From Fibrobacteria bacterium (lineage in GTDB: Bacteria > Fibrobacterota > Fibrobacteria > UBA11236 > JADFYW01): a stretch of DNA of 64,000 nucleotides. This document shows positions 1 to 9,560 of the stretch, piece by piece. The notes under the pieces were generated by a model, which saw nothing but the letters and a program-made list of their open reading frames with translations, was not told where the DNA came from and ran no database searches. The position numbers and the translations under genes are program-made. Position 1 is the first letter of the stretch, and each line of letters opens with the position of its first letter. Location: positions 325,178 to 389,177 of the forward strand of contig JBNKOC010000016.1 in NCBI GenBank assembly GCA_050294405.1. Direction: 5' to 3'.

Positions 1-73
1 TAGCCGCAAGCCAACCACTAAAAAATATGCCCCAAATAAAAAGCGCAGCGTAGATTATCGAGTCGGTGTCCAC
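1..73 (-). CDS. N-terminus of a probable CNNM/DUF21 (hemolysin/CorC-like) membrane protein, truncated by the window edge
   Basis: GTG at 73 reads (M)DTDSIIYAALFIWGIFFSGWLAA, a hydrophobic helix typical of DUF21 starts. Such genes commonly follow ybeY. Confidence 0.45.
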   Translation of the reverse strand, partial: MDTDSIIYAALFIWGIFFSGWLAA

Positions 74-145
74 TCGGGATTACTTCACTTTCCAGGGAGA
101 AAAAGCTGTGTGGAAAAAGGCCATTGCTATAAATATATGACTTTT

Positions 146-580
146 TCAGGAGCCAAGGTAGTGTTGCTCTTTAGATTCCATAATTTTTCTCTCAGCGGCC
201 TTTATGTGATCGTAACCGCAAATATGCAAAAAACCGTGTGTGACCAGGCGTTTTAATTCCATATAATAACTGTTTCCCCAATCGGGCGCCTGTGTTTTTG
301 CCTTTTCAATAGAAATATAGACTTCTCCGGCTATTTCTTCGTTTGGGTAAATAAAAGCCAGAACATCAGTGGGTTTGTTTTTTTTTCGGAAATTCAAATT
401 GAGATGGTGGATATAAGGGTTGTCACAAAAAATCAAATTAAAATGGCCAGTAACTTTTTCGCCTTTTAAAATTTTTTGAGCCTGCTTTTTTAAAAATGCC
501 ATTCGGGGAATGGCAGATTTTTTTACGTCTGAAAAATGGACCGAAATCAAAGTGAACCAGTGAGGGGTTTTAGTCGGCAA
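146..580 (-). CDS. ybeY: rRNA maturation endoribonuclease YbeY
   Basis: LNLNFRKKNKPTDVLAF, GEVYIS and the HGFLHICGYDH metal-binding motif. Confidence 0.95.
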   Translation of the reverse strand: MPTKTPHWFTLISVHFSDVKKSAIPRMAFLKKQAQKILKGEKVTGHFNLIFCDNPYIHHLNLNFRKKNKPTDVLAFIYPNEEIAGEVYISIEKAKTQAPDWGNSYYMELKRLVTHGFLHICGYDHIKAAERKIMESKEQHYLGS

Positions 581-857
581 TCCATTGGTTTAGAGTTTCA
601 ATTATCATCTTGGCCTGAGCGTCGGAGGAAATATTAAATTTGCTTTTGCTGCGAAATTCGCCATTTACTTTTTGATATCTTCTTATTGAAACCTTTGGGG
701 CTTTAAACTCCCCTGAGTTTTTGTCTAAATCCTGATATTTGAACATGATGGTGGTCCAGGCGCCTTTGGATAAAATTTTCTTATCCAGTTCTTTTACCAA
801 TTGGGTACCCTCTTCATCAGAAAAGTTCATTGTAATCTCATCTATAGTTGATGCCAT
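570..857 (-). CDS. Conserved hypothetical protein, possibly a PC4/YdbC-like nucleic-acid-binding fold
   Basis: 95-aa ORF with an AAGGA SD, overlapping the ybeY start. VSIRRYQKVNGEFRSKSKFNIS resembles the PC4-like core. Confidence 0.65.
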   Translation of the reverse strand: MASTIDEITMNFSDEEGTQLVKELDKKILSKGAWTTIMFKYQDLDKNSGEFKAPKVSIRRYQKVNGEFRSKSKFNISSDAQAKMIIETLNQWIAD

Positions 858-1021
858 TTTAAAAGTCCTTTATTCCATTAAAGCTGATAAATTTATTCAT
901 TTTTTGTGAAGGGTAAAGTCCCACAGCTATAATACAGCTCAAATTCCTAATTTTCTATAAAATCCGCAAAAACTAAAGGGATATTTAAAATTTTGAGGAA
1001 AATAGCCAAAAAAAAAGGGTA

Positions 1022-1068
1022 AAATTGTGATTCTAATCACTTTGTTTTAACCCTCACGGTGGTATAAT
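1022..1068 (+). promoter_or_regulatory. CRP/FNR-type box plus extended -10 promoter
   Basis: TGTGA-ttctaa-TCACT at 1026-1041 and TGgTATAAT at 1060-1068. Confidence 0.6.
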
Positions 1069-1120
1069 CAAAAGAAAATCTTTTCGTGACTAATTGTAAT
1101 TTTAATCAGGAGCTTTGCTC

Positions 1121-4100
1121 ATGAAAGTGTCCAAACATCCTATGGCGGTTTTTTGCCTGGTCTTAATGTTGGCCCTTGAGGTCAGCTGGGCAGCCGAACG
1201 GAAATTATCCGTAAACATGGTCACCGGCGATGTTAGTTTTAAACGAGGTAAGGCCAAGCCTAAACCCGTCCGGAAAACCACTAAACTTAAAGAAAAAGAT
1301 GTTATACGGACATTGGTGGAATCCAGTGTTGAAATCTTGTTGGATGATGGCTCTGTGCTCACCATTCAGGAAAATTCGGTAGTTGATCTTTCGAAACTGG
1401 TTCGGGATGGTCAGGTAACCAACTCCAAACTGGATATTAAAACTGGTAAAGTCCTGTTTAACATTAAAAAACTGGCTAGCAAACGCTCCGATTTCGTGTT
1501 TGAAACTCCAACAGCCACTGCGGCGATTCGTGGAACAGCGGGCGGAATCGGAACAGACGGTAAAAAGACCTTTGCCTATTTGGAAGAAGGTGGTTTGGAA
1601 TTGAAGCCAAAAGGCGGAGGAAAGCCCGTTTTAATTAAAGATTTGAATGTTGCGGTTCAGACTCCAAAGGGTTTTAAGGTTCAGCAGGTGACAAATTCCC
1701 AGGCTTTAACTCAAGTGGTTAACAATGTTACTAAAGCCATCGGCAAGGGAGATACTGCCGAGGTTAATCTGGAACAGGTATTGGACTCAGCAGTAACGGA
1801 TACAGCTAAACTGGCTCCCGCTGACAGCAGCGGCCTTGAGAAAGCACCGGAGATGGACAGCAGCAAAGTGGATACGAGTTCCGCTGTCGAGACCAAAAAG
1901 GACACTCTGGCTGCAGCAGATAAAGTACAACAGGATAGCGTTGAAACCCGGGCAGAGGGTGCTGTGGATACAACAGCTTCTAGGCAGGGCTCTGCGCAAG
2001 ATACCGTGGCGACTGGGCAAAACCAACCGCTTCCTGAAAATACAGAGGTCGATGGGCCTGACGCCGGAGGCGACCTGGCGGGTACAGATGTTAGTGGACA
2101 AGAAGGCGATAGCACAGCGCAGGGCGAAGCCAATGAGGATGTAGGTGGAGATGTTCCAAGTCTGACGTTAAATGTCACCAGTCCATCCAATGGGGAGCAA
2201 GTGGAAAGTGAAGCTCTGTTAACGGTTTCGGGAACCAGTTTACCGGGAGCAAAAATCACAGCCCGAACTGCGGAAGCTGTTGCGGATGCTTCTGGAAACT
2301 TCAAACTCTCCCTTAATGCGCCAAAAAATCCTGGAAGCTATACATTAACCGTATCTGCCAGTTTGGGAGATCAGTCTGCTAGTCAGGAAATTTCTTTTGT
2401 AGTCCCTGAAAAAATAGTCCCTTTGACATTTGCCATTACAGGGCCATCTTCTGGACAGGAATTGCCGGAAGGCTCCGAAGTAGCCATTGCCGGAACTGTT
2501 ACTCCCGGGGCAAGTGTTAGCGTTAATGGGACTCCGGCAGAAATAAGCTCGGGAAAATGGGTGGCCAATTTTAAAAATCTGGCTGTAGGTGAGCACAGTT
2601 TCCAAGTGGAAGCGGCACTTGGGGAGCAAACCCAAGCCGGAGAAGTGAGTATTAGCGTTGTCGCAAAAGTTATTCCTTTGGAATTCAGTTTGTCTCGTCC
2701 AGCGGATGGGGCTACCATCAAAACATCTACAGTGGAAATTTCCGGAACCGGAACCCCAGGGGCAAAAGTTGTGGTTAATGATTTGACCACGGTAGTACCT
2801 GCTTCCGGTAGCTGGAACCTTTCTATGCCTTCACCCAAAGCTCCAGGCAGTTATTCTTTGTCTGCGGAGGCCACTTTGGGAGATCAGTCCTTAACCAAGG
2901 AAATCAACTTTAACATACCTGAAGAGGAACTCAAATTAACGGTAGTTGCACCCACCAGTGGGGCTCAGATAACCACAACGAGCATCATAGTAAACGGAAC
3001 ATCCATTCCAGGCGCTGAAATTTCGGTGCAGGGGAAAACCGCCAAAGCGGACGCTGCTGGCGCCTGGTCAACCTCCATTCAAGCCCCTCCTGAAGAAGGG
3101 GATTACACACTGGAAGTTGTGGCCGTATTCGGCAGTCAGGAAGTTTCTGTGGATGTGCCGATAATCAGAGTGATTCCAAGACAACCCATTTTGGGAAAAG
3201 TAAATGCGGTGCCTGCGACGGTGCAGGAGGCAAAACTCACCATTACAGGTACTTGTAATGATGGGGCCACCATTGAAATCGGTTCTTTTAGCACCATTGC
3301 AAGGGGAGGTGTTTGGTCCGTTACCGCATCCTGGCCTGCAGAAGAAGAGGGCACCCGCTCTTTTGAGGTATATTGCTTATTAAACGGGGAAGAGGAAGTG
3401 ATAGGTGAGGTGGAAACTGAATATGTCAGGCCCAGAATACCATTGACCTTTACAATGAGCACTCCAACCCGTGTCTTGCAAAAGGCAGAAAAACTAGATG
3501 TTAAGGGAACTGTAGGGGGACAGGATATTGTTGTGGAAGTAAATGGAAAAGGGGTACCTGTTATCGCAGGGGGATTTATCCATTCTGTTTCCTTTAGCGA
3601 ACAAAACTGGGATGACCTGACTGAAATTGAAGTAGTGGTCTCCGATGGGGAAGATGAAATTGTGAAGCTTATTGAAGTCGAGGTGGATAAAGCAAGCCCT
3701 CAAATCAATAAAAATAAGCCTAAATTCCTCACAGAGCCCAGTATTGAAAATAATGAATACCTGCAAATTCGCCTCTCAGACGATGTGGGAGATGAAGTGA
3801 CCGTTATTTACATGGTGGATGGAAGTGAAGAAGAATCCTTTAGTTTTGAAGGAAGTTTTTCCCAATCCATTCAGCTAACGCCAGGGATACACGATTACAG
3901 GGTAGAAGCCCGGGATTTAGCGGGAAATCTGTTAGTGTGGGAAAGAAGGTCGGTGGAATATTATCCCCGCGTGGAATGGGCTATAGATGTTATCAACCCC
4001 AGGGCTAATCAGGTGGTTCCATTGCCTCCTCACATACCCGATGAGGATTTTAGTCCCACAGATGATGTTCGCATCCGCATTCGCTCTTTACCAGACGATG

Positions 4101-4303
4101 ACTTCCGCTATTTGAAAGAGGTACGAATCCGCAATGAAGCCAATCAAGTGGAACAAGTTTGGCGTGATTTGGAAATTGATGATATTGAATTCGAATTCAA
4201 CGATTTACCATTGGTCAAGAACAAAGTGAATGTCATAACAATTAAAGTGATGCCGAAAATTGGCCCGGAAAGGGTAATTACCAGAACTTATACCATGAAA
4301 TAG
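1121..4303 (+). CDS. Secreted FecR-domain protein with an acidic linker and tandem Ig-like repeats
   Basis: Signal peptide ending VSWA; FecR motif FETPTATAAIRGT; repeated ~85-aa units (L.v..P..G...v.Gt..PGA.v.v...G.W). GGAG SD precedes ATG 1121. Confidence 0.85.
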   Translation: MKVSKHPMAVFCLVLMLALEVSWAAERKLSVNMVTGDVSFKRGKAKPKPVRKTTKLKEKDVIRTLVESSVEILLDDGSVLTIQENSVVDLSKLVRDGQVTNSKLDIKTGKVLFNIKKLASKRSDFVFETPTATAAIRGTAGGIGTDGKKTFAYLEEGGLELKPKGGGKPVLIKDLNVAVQTPKGFKVQQVTNSQALTQVVNNVTKAIGKGDTAEVNLEQVLDSAVTDTAKLAPADSSGLEKAPEMDSSKVDTSSAVETKKDTLAAADKVQQDSVETRAEGAVDTTASRQGSAQDTVATGQNQPLPENTEVDGPDAGGDLAGTDVSGQEGDSTAQGEANEDVGGDVPSLTLNVTSPSNGEQVESEALLTVSGTSLPGAKITARTAEAVADASGNFKLSLNAPKNPGSYTLTVSASLGDQSASQEISFVVPEKIVPLTFAITGPSSGQELPEGSEVAIAGTVTPGASVSVNGTPAEISSGKWVANFKNLAVGEHSFQVEAALGEQTQAGEVSISVVAKVIPLEFSLSRPADGATIKTSTVEISGTGTPGAKVVVNDLTTVVPASGSWNLSMPSPKAPGSYSLSAEATLGDQSLTKEINFNIPEEELKLTVVAPTSGAQITTTSIIVNGTSIPGAEISVQGKTAKADAAGAWSTSIQAPPEEGDYTLEVVAVFGSQEVSVDVPIIRVIPRQPILGKVNAVPATVQEAKLTITGTCNDGATIEIGSFSTIARGGVWSVTASWPAEEEGTRSFEVYCLLNGEEEVIGEVETEYVRPRIPLTFTMSTPTRVLQKAEKLDVKGTVGGQDIVVEVNGKGVPVIAGGFIHSVSFSEQNWDDLTEIEVVVSDGEDEIVKLIEVEVDKASPQINKNKPKFLTEPSIENNEYLQIRLSDDVGDEVTVIYMVDGSEEESFSFEGSFSQSIQLTPGIHDYRVEARDLAGNLLVWERRSVEYYPRVEWAIDVINPRANQVVPLPPHIPDEDFSPTDDVRIRIRSLPDDDFRYLKEVRIRNEANQVEQVWRDLEIDDIEFEFNDLPLVKNKVNVITIKVMPKIGPERVITRTYTMK

Positions 4304-4325
4304 AAAAACTGGCTTTTTCTCCTCT

Positions 4326-4363
4326 AAACCGGGGAACACTGAGCTGTTCCCCGGTTTTTTTTT
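4326..4363 (+). terminator. Rho-independent terminator
   Basis: AAACCGGGGAACA-ctgagc-TGTTCCCCGGTTT followed by a T tract. Confidence 0.9.
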
Positions 4364-4439
4364 ATTAAAAAAGGTGCTTGAATCTTATTGTTTTTGAGAA
4401 ATATAATGGAAGGGTAATACTTAAATTAAGGATTCTCAA

Positions 4440-7400
4440 TTGCTTAGGGCAGCCTTCCGATTTTTTTCGTTAATGTTTATGGTGGCATTAACATATGGAC
4501 AGGATTCCGCATCCCAAAGCACGGCCAATATAAAATCGGAAAAAAAAGTTTTGGTTTTTACTTTAGATGTTGTGAATGCTAAAAAGACTATTGCTGAAAA
4601 CCTCACTGAAAAAATGTTTTTGGAGATGACATCCACTCCAGGTATCCGTGTTAATTACATCCGAAATGAATCCAAAATACCTGAAAACCACACCCAGGAA
4701 AAATCTGATTTGTACAAAAGGGGAATGGAATGCTCCAAGGTGGAATGCTCCGCAGAAATAGCCAAAGCCCTTGGTTATGATTTTTCCATGATAGGCAAAA
4801 TAGAAAGGCAAGGAGGGGGCTATGCCCTGGATGTTAAGGTTGTGGAAGCCAGCACCAAAAGTCCGGCATTTGAAAAAGATCAAAAATTCAGACAGGGAAA
4901 AGTAGAAGTCATAAATGCCCTTCCCACTTGGGGAGCACGTATTTCCAGAATAATTGCGGAGCCGAATTTTGCTAAAGCGTTAGCGCCTCCGGTTGCTGAG
5001 GCCGGGGAAGCTAAAAAATCTGAGGAACCGGAAAAGGGATGGAAGAGCCCTGATTTTGATCCCTTTACAGCGCATCTCAAAGGCACTCGGATTTTTGGAA
5101 CGCTTACAGATACATTAAAGATAAGCGAATCTCCTTACATAGTCACCAGCAATTTGATTATCCCGTCGGGAACGGAACTTATTATTGAAAAAGGCGTTAC
5201 TGTATTTGTGGGCGGGGAGTACACCACGATTACCGTCCAGGGGCAAATAATCGCAAAAGGTACGGAACAATACCCCATTGTTTTTAAGTCGGGAAAAAAG
5301 GATAAAGCCAACTGGGATTGGGACCGGATTTTTTTCCGTAGCCGGGAGCGCAGCCTTTTGGAATATGTACATATTCAAAATTCCAATTATGGCGTGGTTG
5401 TGAAAGACGGGGCTGTAACCCTTTCTCATTGCGAAATTTCCAATAACTCCGTGCGGGGCCTTTATTTGGAAAATTCCAATGTGGAGATTGTAGATAGCAA
5501 AATTTTTGGCGGCCATTTGATTGGTATACAAGTGGGAGATTACGGAGAGGCTGTGGTGGAGAGAAGCAACATATATGGCAATCACAATGGTATTTCTGTA
5601 TTGGATTACGGAACACTTCTGTTAAGGCAATCCAAAGTGGAATCCAATGACCGAGGACTTATTTTAATGGACAGCGTCTCCTTGACACTGGAAAGCAGCC
5701 AAATCACTAAAAACAGAATTGGAGTGGTTTCCAGCAGCCCCATGTCCTCCAGTGTGTTTGCAGGCCTTAAAGGCAACCAAACCAACCTGGAATCGGTACG
5801 TCGGGAAAAAATCGAGGCCTTGGTGGAAAAGCCCGCAGCGGTAAAGGTCAAAAGAAAAAGCAAAGTGGTTTCTAGCCAGGAATCGAAGGAACCTCCCAAA
5901 GAATTTAAGGGGGGAGTGCAATCTTTATCCAAAGATGGGGGGGCTTACGCAGGACTAATTGGTAACGTCACCATTGGAGAGGGCTACCACTATCCCACTA
6001 CTCCTAAAAACACAACTCTGGATATGATAACCACATCCACAGACAGCGTGATGCCAGGAGAACAATTGCCACAAAACCGGATAATACCAGGTTTTTATCA
6101 CACTGCAAGTATATACACAACGCTGGATATGGCGGGCTATTCCATTGATGGAAATGCTGAATTTAAATACGACGATTGGGGCACAGCTCAGCTGGATGTG
6201 CTTTCGCTAAAAACAAAAATAGGTCCCAATAATTTTGGGGTGGGGGATTTCAGCGAGAGCGGTTCTGAAATTTCTATTTCGGGATTGCAGGTAAGAGGCG
6301 TTAAATACGGATTGGGCTTGCTTAAAGACAGAAATGATAATGCCCGTCTTAAAATAAGCGCTACCTTTGGAGAATCTGAAAGGCCCTACGATGAAGGTGA
6401 ACGTGTTTTGGGCAGTTACAACGAACGCAAATCTGCTGGAAGCGCCGTGGCGCAAAAGCTGGTTGGGATTGCAAAAATAGAGGCCAGTCCCACAAAAAAC
6501 TGGGACTTAAATTTCAAATACATATATAGCAATGATAAGCGGGACGGGATATTGAGAAACTCCCTTTCTTCCACAGCAGTTACCACGGACGCTCCCTTGT
6601 TGTCGAATTTGATGGGCATGGAAACCCAGTATCGATTGATGGATGAGGCCATTACCCTTTTTGGAGAAATCAATGTGGGAACAGTGGACTCTACTTCTTT
6701 GGCATATAATAAAGCTTTGGAGCGGGTGCTTTCTTCTGAACTCTACGGTTATGAATTGTCTGAAACTGAAATAAGCGGTTTTCTTCCATTGCTCCAACCC
6801 ACTACGCGAGAAACATTCAGAGATTCTAATTTTAATTTAATTCCTACTGCCCTTTTGGATTCTGCGGAATTGGTGAATGAGGATGGACTCACTCCCTCCC
6901 AGGTAAACCAGCGCAGGGTGGAGTTAATTGAGGCTATTATGGCCGATGCTGAAATTGAAGAACCGGAAATTCAGGATGAATTAAACGAATCCAAAAACTT
7001 GGGGTTTCGCTGGGACAACCAAGGCATGGCCGCCCGCGTTGGCACCGATTTAAACATCAAAGGAAATGCTTTTAATTTTAGCTATGTATTTGTGGGTAAT
7101 GAATATTATACAGGCGGCAACCGCTATCTCACCAAAGATATGCGAAAATACGAAATGACGTATGGCCGTGATTTAAACTCCAAACTCAATTTAAACCTGG
7201 ACTATTTTTTAAGCGTGGAGAACAGTTCTTCCGATGGGCGTTACCTTAACCTTTTGGGTTTTGGCGAGGGCAGTGAATTCGGATTGCTTGCCGATGATAG
7301 CTGGCAGAAAAAACAGGAAAATAAAGATGCAATTCGCCCTAAATTTACGCACAAGCTCAATTACAAAAACCGTTATAACATGACTTCCACCACTGAATTC

Positions 7401-8360
7401 GAATTTAAGGCTGGCCTTCAATACAAATCAGAAATCAGAGGAAAAGAACTTTCCAATGACACCAATGTTGTGTATGGGGATCCTTATTTTGACGCCGAGA
7501 GCAATGTGGGAAGAGAGTTTAGCTACAACAATTCCCCCCGCTTTATAGATGGCGATTTAGCGGATGAATACAGTTCTTCCATACTGGATGAGGAGGGGGA
7601 AGAAATACCCTTGGCCCGTGTTTTAGATGACAAGGAATTGAGCTATAACCTGGGATTAAAATCAAAATACCGTTTTTCCAAATTGGGCAACTTTTCTCTG
7701 CAAGGCGACTGGAAATGGAAAAACGATATGTCCGAATATTTGAAAACCGGCGTGTTGGATAATTACCCTCTGCAAGACTCCACCTTAGTTAACTTGGGCT
7801 TTTATCCAAACGGAGAAGATGAATTTTCGCAGGATTATAAATTCGCCTTAAGCTTAAAAATGGGGAATGTTACGAACAAGTTTGATGTTAAGTATAGCTT
7901 GAAAAATAAAATTAAAAGAGAAGAAGACCAAAGCAGTTGGAACCTTAAAGAAAAAGTCGTTTGGAAAGCGATTCCCCGCAAATTGACTATAACCTTGGAA
8001 GGAAATGTGAAACAAAAAGTTACCGATGAAGACGAAGAACGAAAGTTTGTGTTAAGCCAGGGCACAAAATACTACCGTTACTCCAACGATGACGGAGCTT
8101 TGGTTGGAAAAAATGCTAAAAATTCCACTTCTATTACCTTGAGCACTCCGGATTCTTTATTTGATGTGGTGCAAGAGGAAACTTTCAGAGGTAAAACCCG
8201 GGAAAATGACTACAGTATGGAAATGCGTTTGCGCTACAGTTTTAACTCCAAATTGTATACAGAGACTATGGCGCGCAAGGAATGGAGTCTTCGACCGGAT
8301 CAACTGGATCAGGAATTTGAAGACCTTTGGGCCGAAGTGAAAGTCTTTTACAGTTTTTAA
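4440..8360 (+). CDS. Large outer-membrane protein: CsgG/TolB-N-like domain, right-handed beta-helix, C-terminal beta-barrel
   Basis: Signal peptide; CSKVECSAEIAKALG segment; pectin-lyase-like repeats; amphipathic strands ending in the BAM-type motif VKVFYSF. Confidence 0.7.
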   Translation: MLRAAFRFFSLMFMVALTYGQDSASQSTANIKSEKKVLVFTLDVVNAKKTIAENLTEKMFLEMTSTPGIRVNYIRNESKIPENHTQEKSDLYKRGMECSKVECSAEIAKALGYDFSMIGKIERQGGGYALDVKVVEASTKSPAFEKDQKFRQGKVEVINALPTWGARISRIIAEPNFAKALAPPVAEAGEAKKSEEPEKGWKSPDFDPFTAHLKGTRIFGTLTDTLKISESPYIVTSNLIIPSGTELIIEKGVTVFVGGEYTTITVQGQIIAKGTEQYPIVFKSGKKDKANWDWDRIFFRSRERSLLEYVHIQNSNYGVVVKDGAVTLSHCEISNNSVRGLYLENSNVEIVDSKIFGGHLIGIQVGDYGEAVVERSNIYGNHNGISVLDYGTLLLRQSKVESNDRGLILMDSVSLTLESSQITKNRIGVVSSSPMSSSVFAGLKGNQTNLESVRREKIEALVEKPAAVKVKRKSKVVSSQESKEPPKEFKGGVQSLSKDGGAYAGLIGNVTIGEGYHYPTTPKNTTLDMITTSTDSVMPGEQLPQNRIIPGFYHTASIYTTLDMAGYSIDGNAEFKYDDWGTAQLDVLSLKTKIGPNNFGVGDFSESGSEISISGLQVRGVKYGLGLLKDRNDNARLKISATFGESERPYDEGERVLGSYNERKSAGSAVAQKLVGIAKIEASPTKNWDLNFKYIYSNDKRDGILRNSLSSTAVTTDAPLLSNLMGMETQYRLMDEAITLFGEINVGTVDSTSLAYNKALERVLSSELYGYELSETEISGFLPLLQPTTRETFRDSNFNLIPTALLDSAELVNEDGLTPSQVNQRRVELIEAIMADAEIEEPEIQDELNESKNLGFRWDNQGMAARVGTDLNIKGNAFNFSYVFVGNEYYTGGNRYLTKDMRKYEMTYGRDLNSKLNLNLDYFLSVENSSSDGRYLNLLGFGEGSEFGLLADDSWQKKQENKDAIRPKFTHKLNYKNRYNMTSTTEFEFKAGLQYKSEIRGKELSNDTNVVYGDPYFDAESNVGREFSYNNSPRFIDGDLADEYSSSILDEEGEEIPLARVLDDKELSYNLGLKSKYRFSKLGNFSLQGDWKWKNDMSEYLKTGVLDNYPLQDSTLVNLGFYPNGEDEFSQDYKFALSLKMGNVTNKFDVKYSLKNKIKREEDQSSWNLKEKVVWKAIPRKLTITLEGNVKQKVTDEDEERKFVLSQGTKYYRYSNDDGALVGKNAKNSTSITLSTPDSLFDVVQEETFRGKTRENDYSMEMRLRYSFNSKLYTETMARKEWSLRPDQLDQEFEDLWAEVKVFYSF

Positions 8361-8450
8361 TTTTACTGCCTTTCCCGCAAAAAGCCTTAAAATAAGCCTC
8401 TTCGGTTTCCTGGCCTTCGTTTTTGCCTGTACTTTATTATTTTGCATAAA

Positions 8451-9560
8451 ATGTCAGAAAGCAATCAGTCTATCCTCAGGGATTTAGAAGAAAAAATCCA
8501 AAAAGCCATTCGCATCGACTCCAAAGAAGCCCTTTGGATGTACCAAAATGCGCCAAGTTCCTGGTTACAAACCCAGGCAGATTTTCTAAAGCAACAGCGA
8601 TTTGGAAAAGAGGTGTATTACAACCGAAATATTCATTTTGAGCCCACTAACAAATGCATTTATTCCTGTAAGTTTTGCGCTTTTTATCGCCCTCCTTTGG
8701 CCAGTGAGTCCGATGGTGCCTGGGAATTCAGCTTTGAAGATCTTAAATCCATGTTGGCAAAATATCCTATTGGGGCCTTAACAGAAGTTCATATTACTGG
8801 CGGGGTTCACAAGGATAGGGGCGTGGAATACGGCGAGGAATTGCTCAGCTTTATTAAAACTTTAAGGCCGGAACTTCACATTAAGGCATTCACTGCTGTA
8901 GAGTTAGCTTTTTTTGCCCGCAAAAGTGGCATTACATTGGAAGAAACCTTAAAACGCCTGATGGACAAAGGCCTTGCCTCTTTACCTGGCGGTGGGGCTG
9001 AAATTTTTAATCCTGAAGTACGCAAAAAAATTGCAGGGGGAAAGGCTCCGGCTCACCAATGGCTGGAAATTCATGAATTGGCGCACAACATCGGACTTAA
9101 GTCCAACGCTACCATGTTATATGGACATGTGGAGGCTTTTGAGCATAGGGTAGACCACTTAAACCAACTAAGAGAATTGCAGGACAAAACCGGGGGTTTT
9201 ATGTCCTTTATTCCCCTGCGCTATCGAAACGAGAATAATGCCTTAAGCGAATTGCCGGAAGTTTCCGAAGATGAAGACTTCAGGAATTTTGCTATTTCCC
9301 GAATTTTTTTGGATAACATTCCTCACATAAAAGCCTATTGGGTGATGTTAGGTATGGAAACTGCGCTTAAAGCCCTTGATTATGGGGTAGATGACTTGGA
9401 TGGCACCATTGATGACTCCACTAAAATTTATTCCATGGCTGGAGGCGATGCCAACCCAAAAATTTCGTCGCAAAATTTGCGGGACTTAATTGAGTCTCAA
9501 GGTAAAATACCCTTGGAAAGAAACTCTCTATACGAAATTTTAGAGGGAAAATTATTTTAA
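8451..9560 (+). CDS. mqnE: Aminofutalosine synthase MqnE (CofH-family radical SAM)
   Basis: TNKCIYSCKFCAF, HIKAFTAVE, LPGGGAEIF, SNATMLYGHVE and HIKAYWVMLG. Confidence 0.88.
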   Translation: MSESNQSILRDLEEKIQKAIRIDSKEALWMYQNAPSSWLQTQADFLKQQRFGKEVYYNRNIHFEPTNKCIYSCKFCAFYRPPLASESDGAWEFSFEDLKSMLAKYPIGALTEVHITGGVHKDRGVEYGEELLSFIKTLRPELHIKAFTAVELAFFARKSGITLEETLKRLMDKGLASLPGGGAEIFNPEVRKKIAGGKAPAHQWLEIHELAHNIGLKSNATMLYGHVEAFEHRVDHLNQLRELQDKTGGFMSFIPLRYRNENNALSELPEVSEDEDFRNFAISRIFLDNIPHIKAYWVMLGMETALKALDYGVDDLDGTIDDSTKIYSMAGGDANPKISSQNLRDLIESQGKIPLERNSLYEILEGKLF

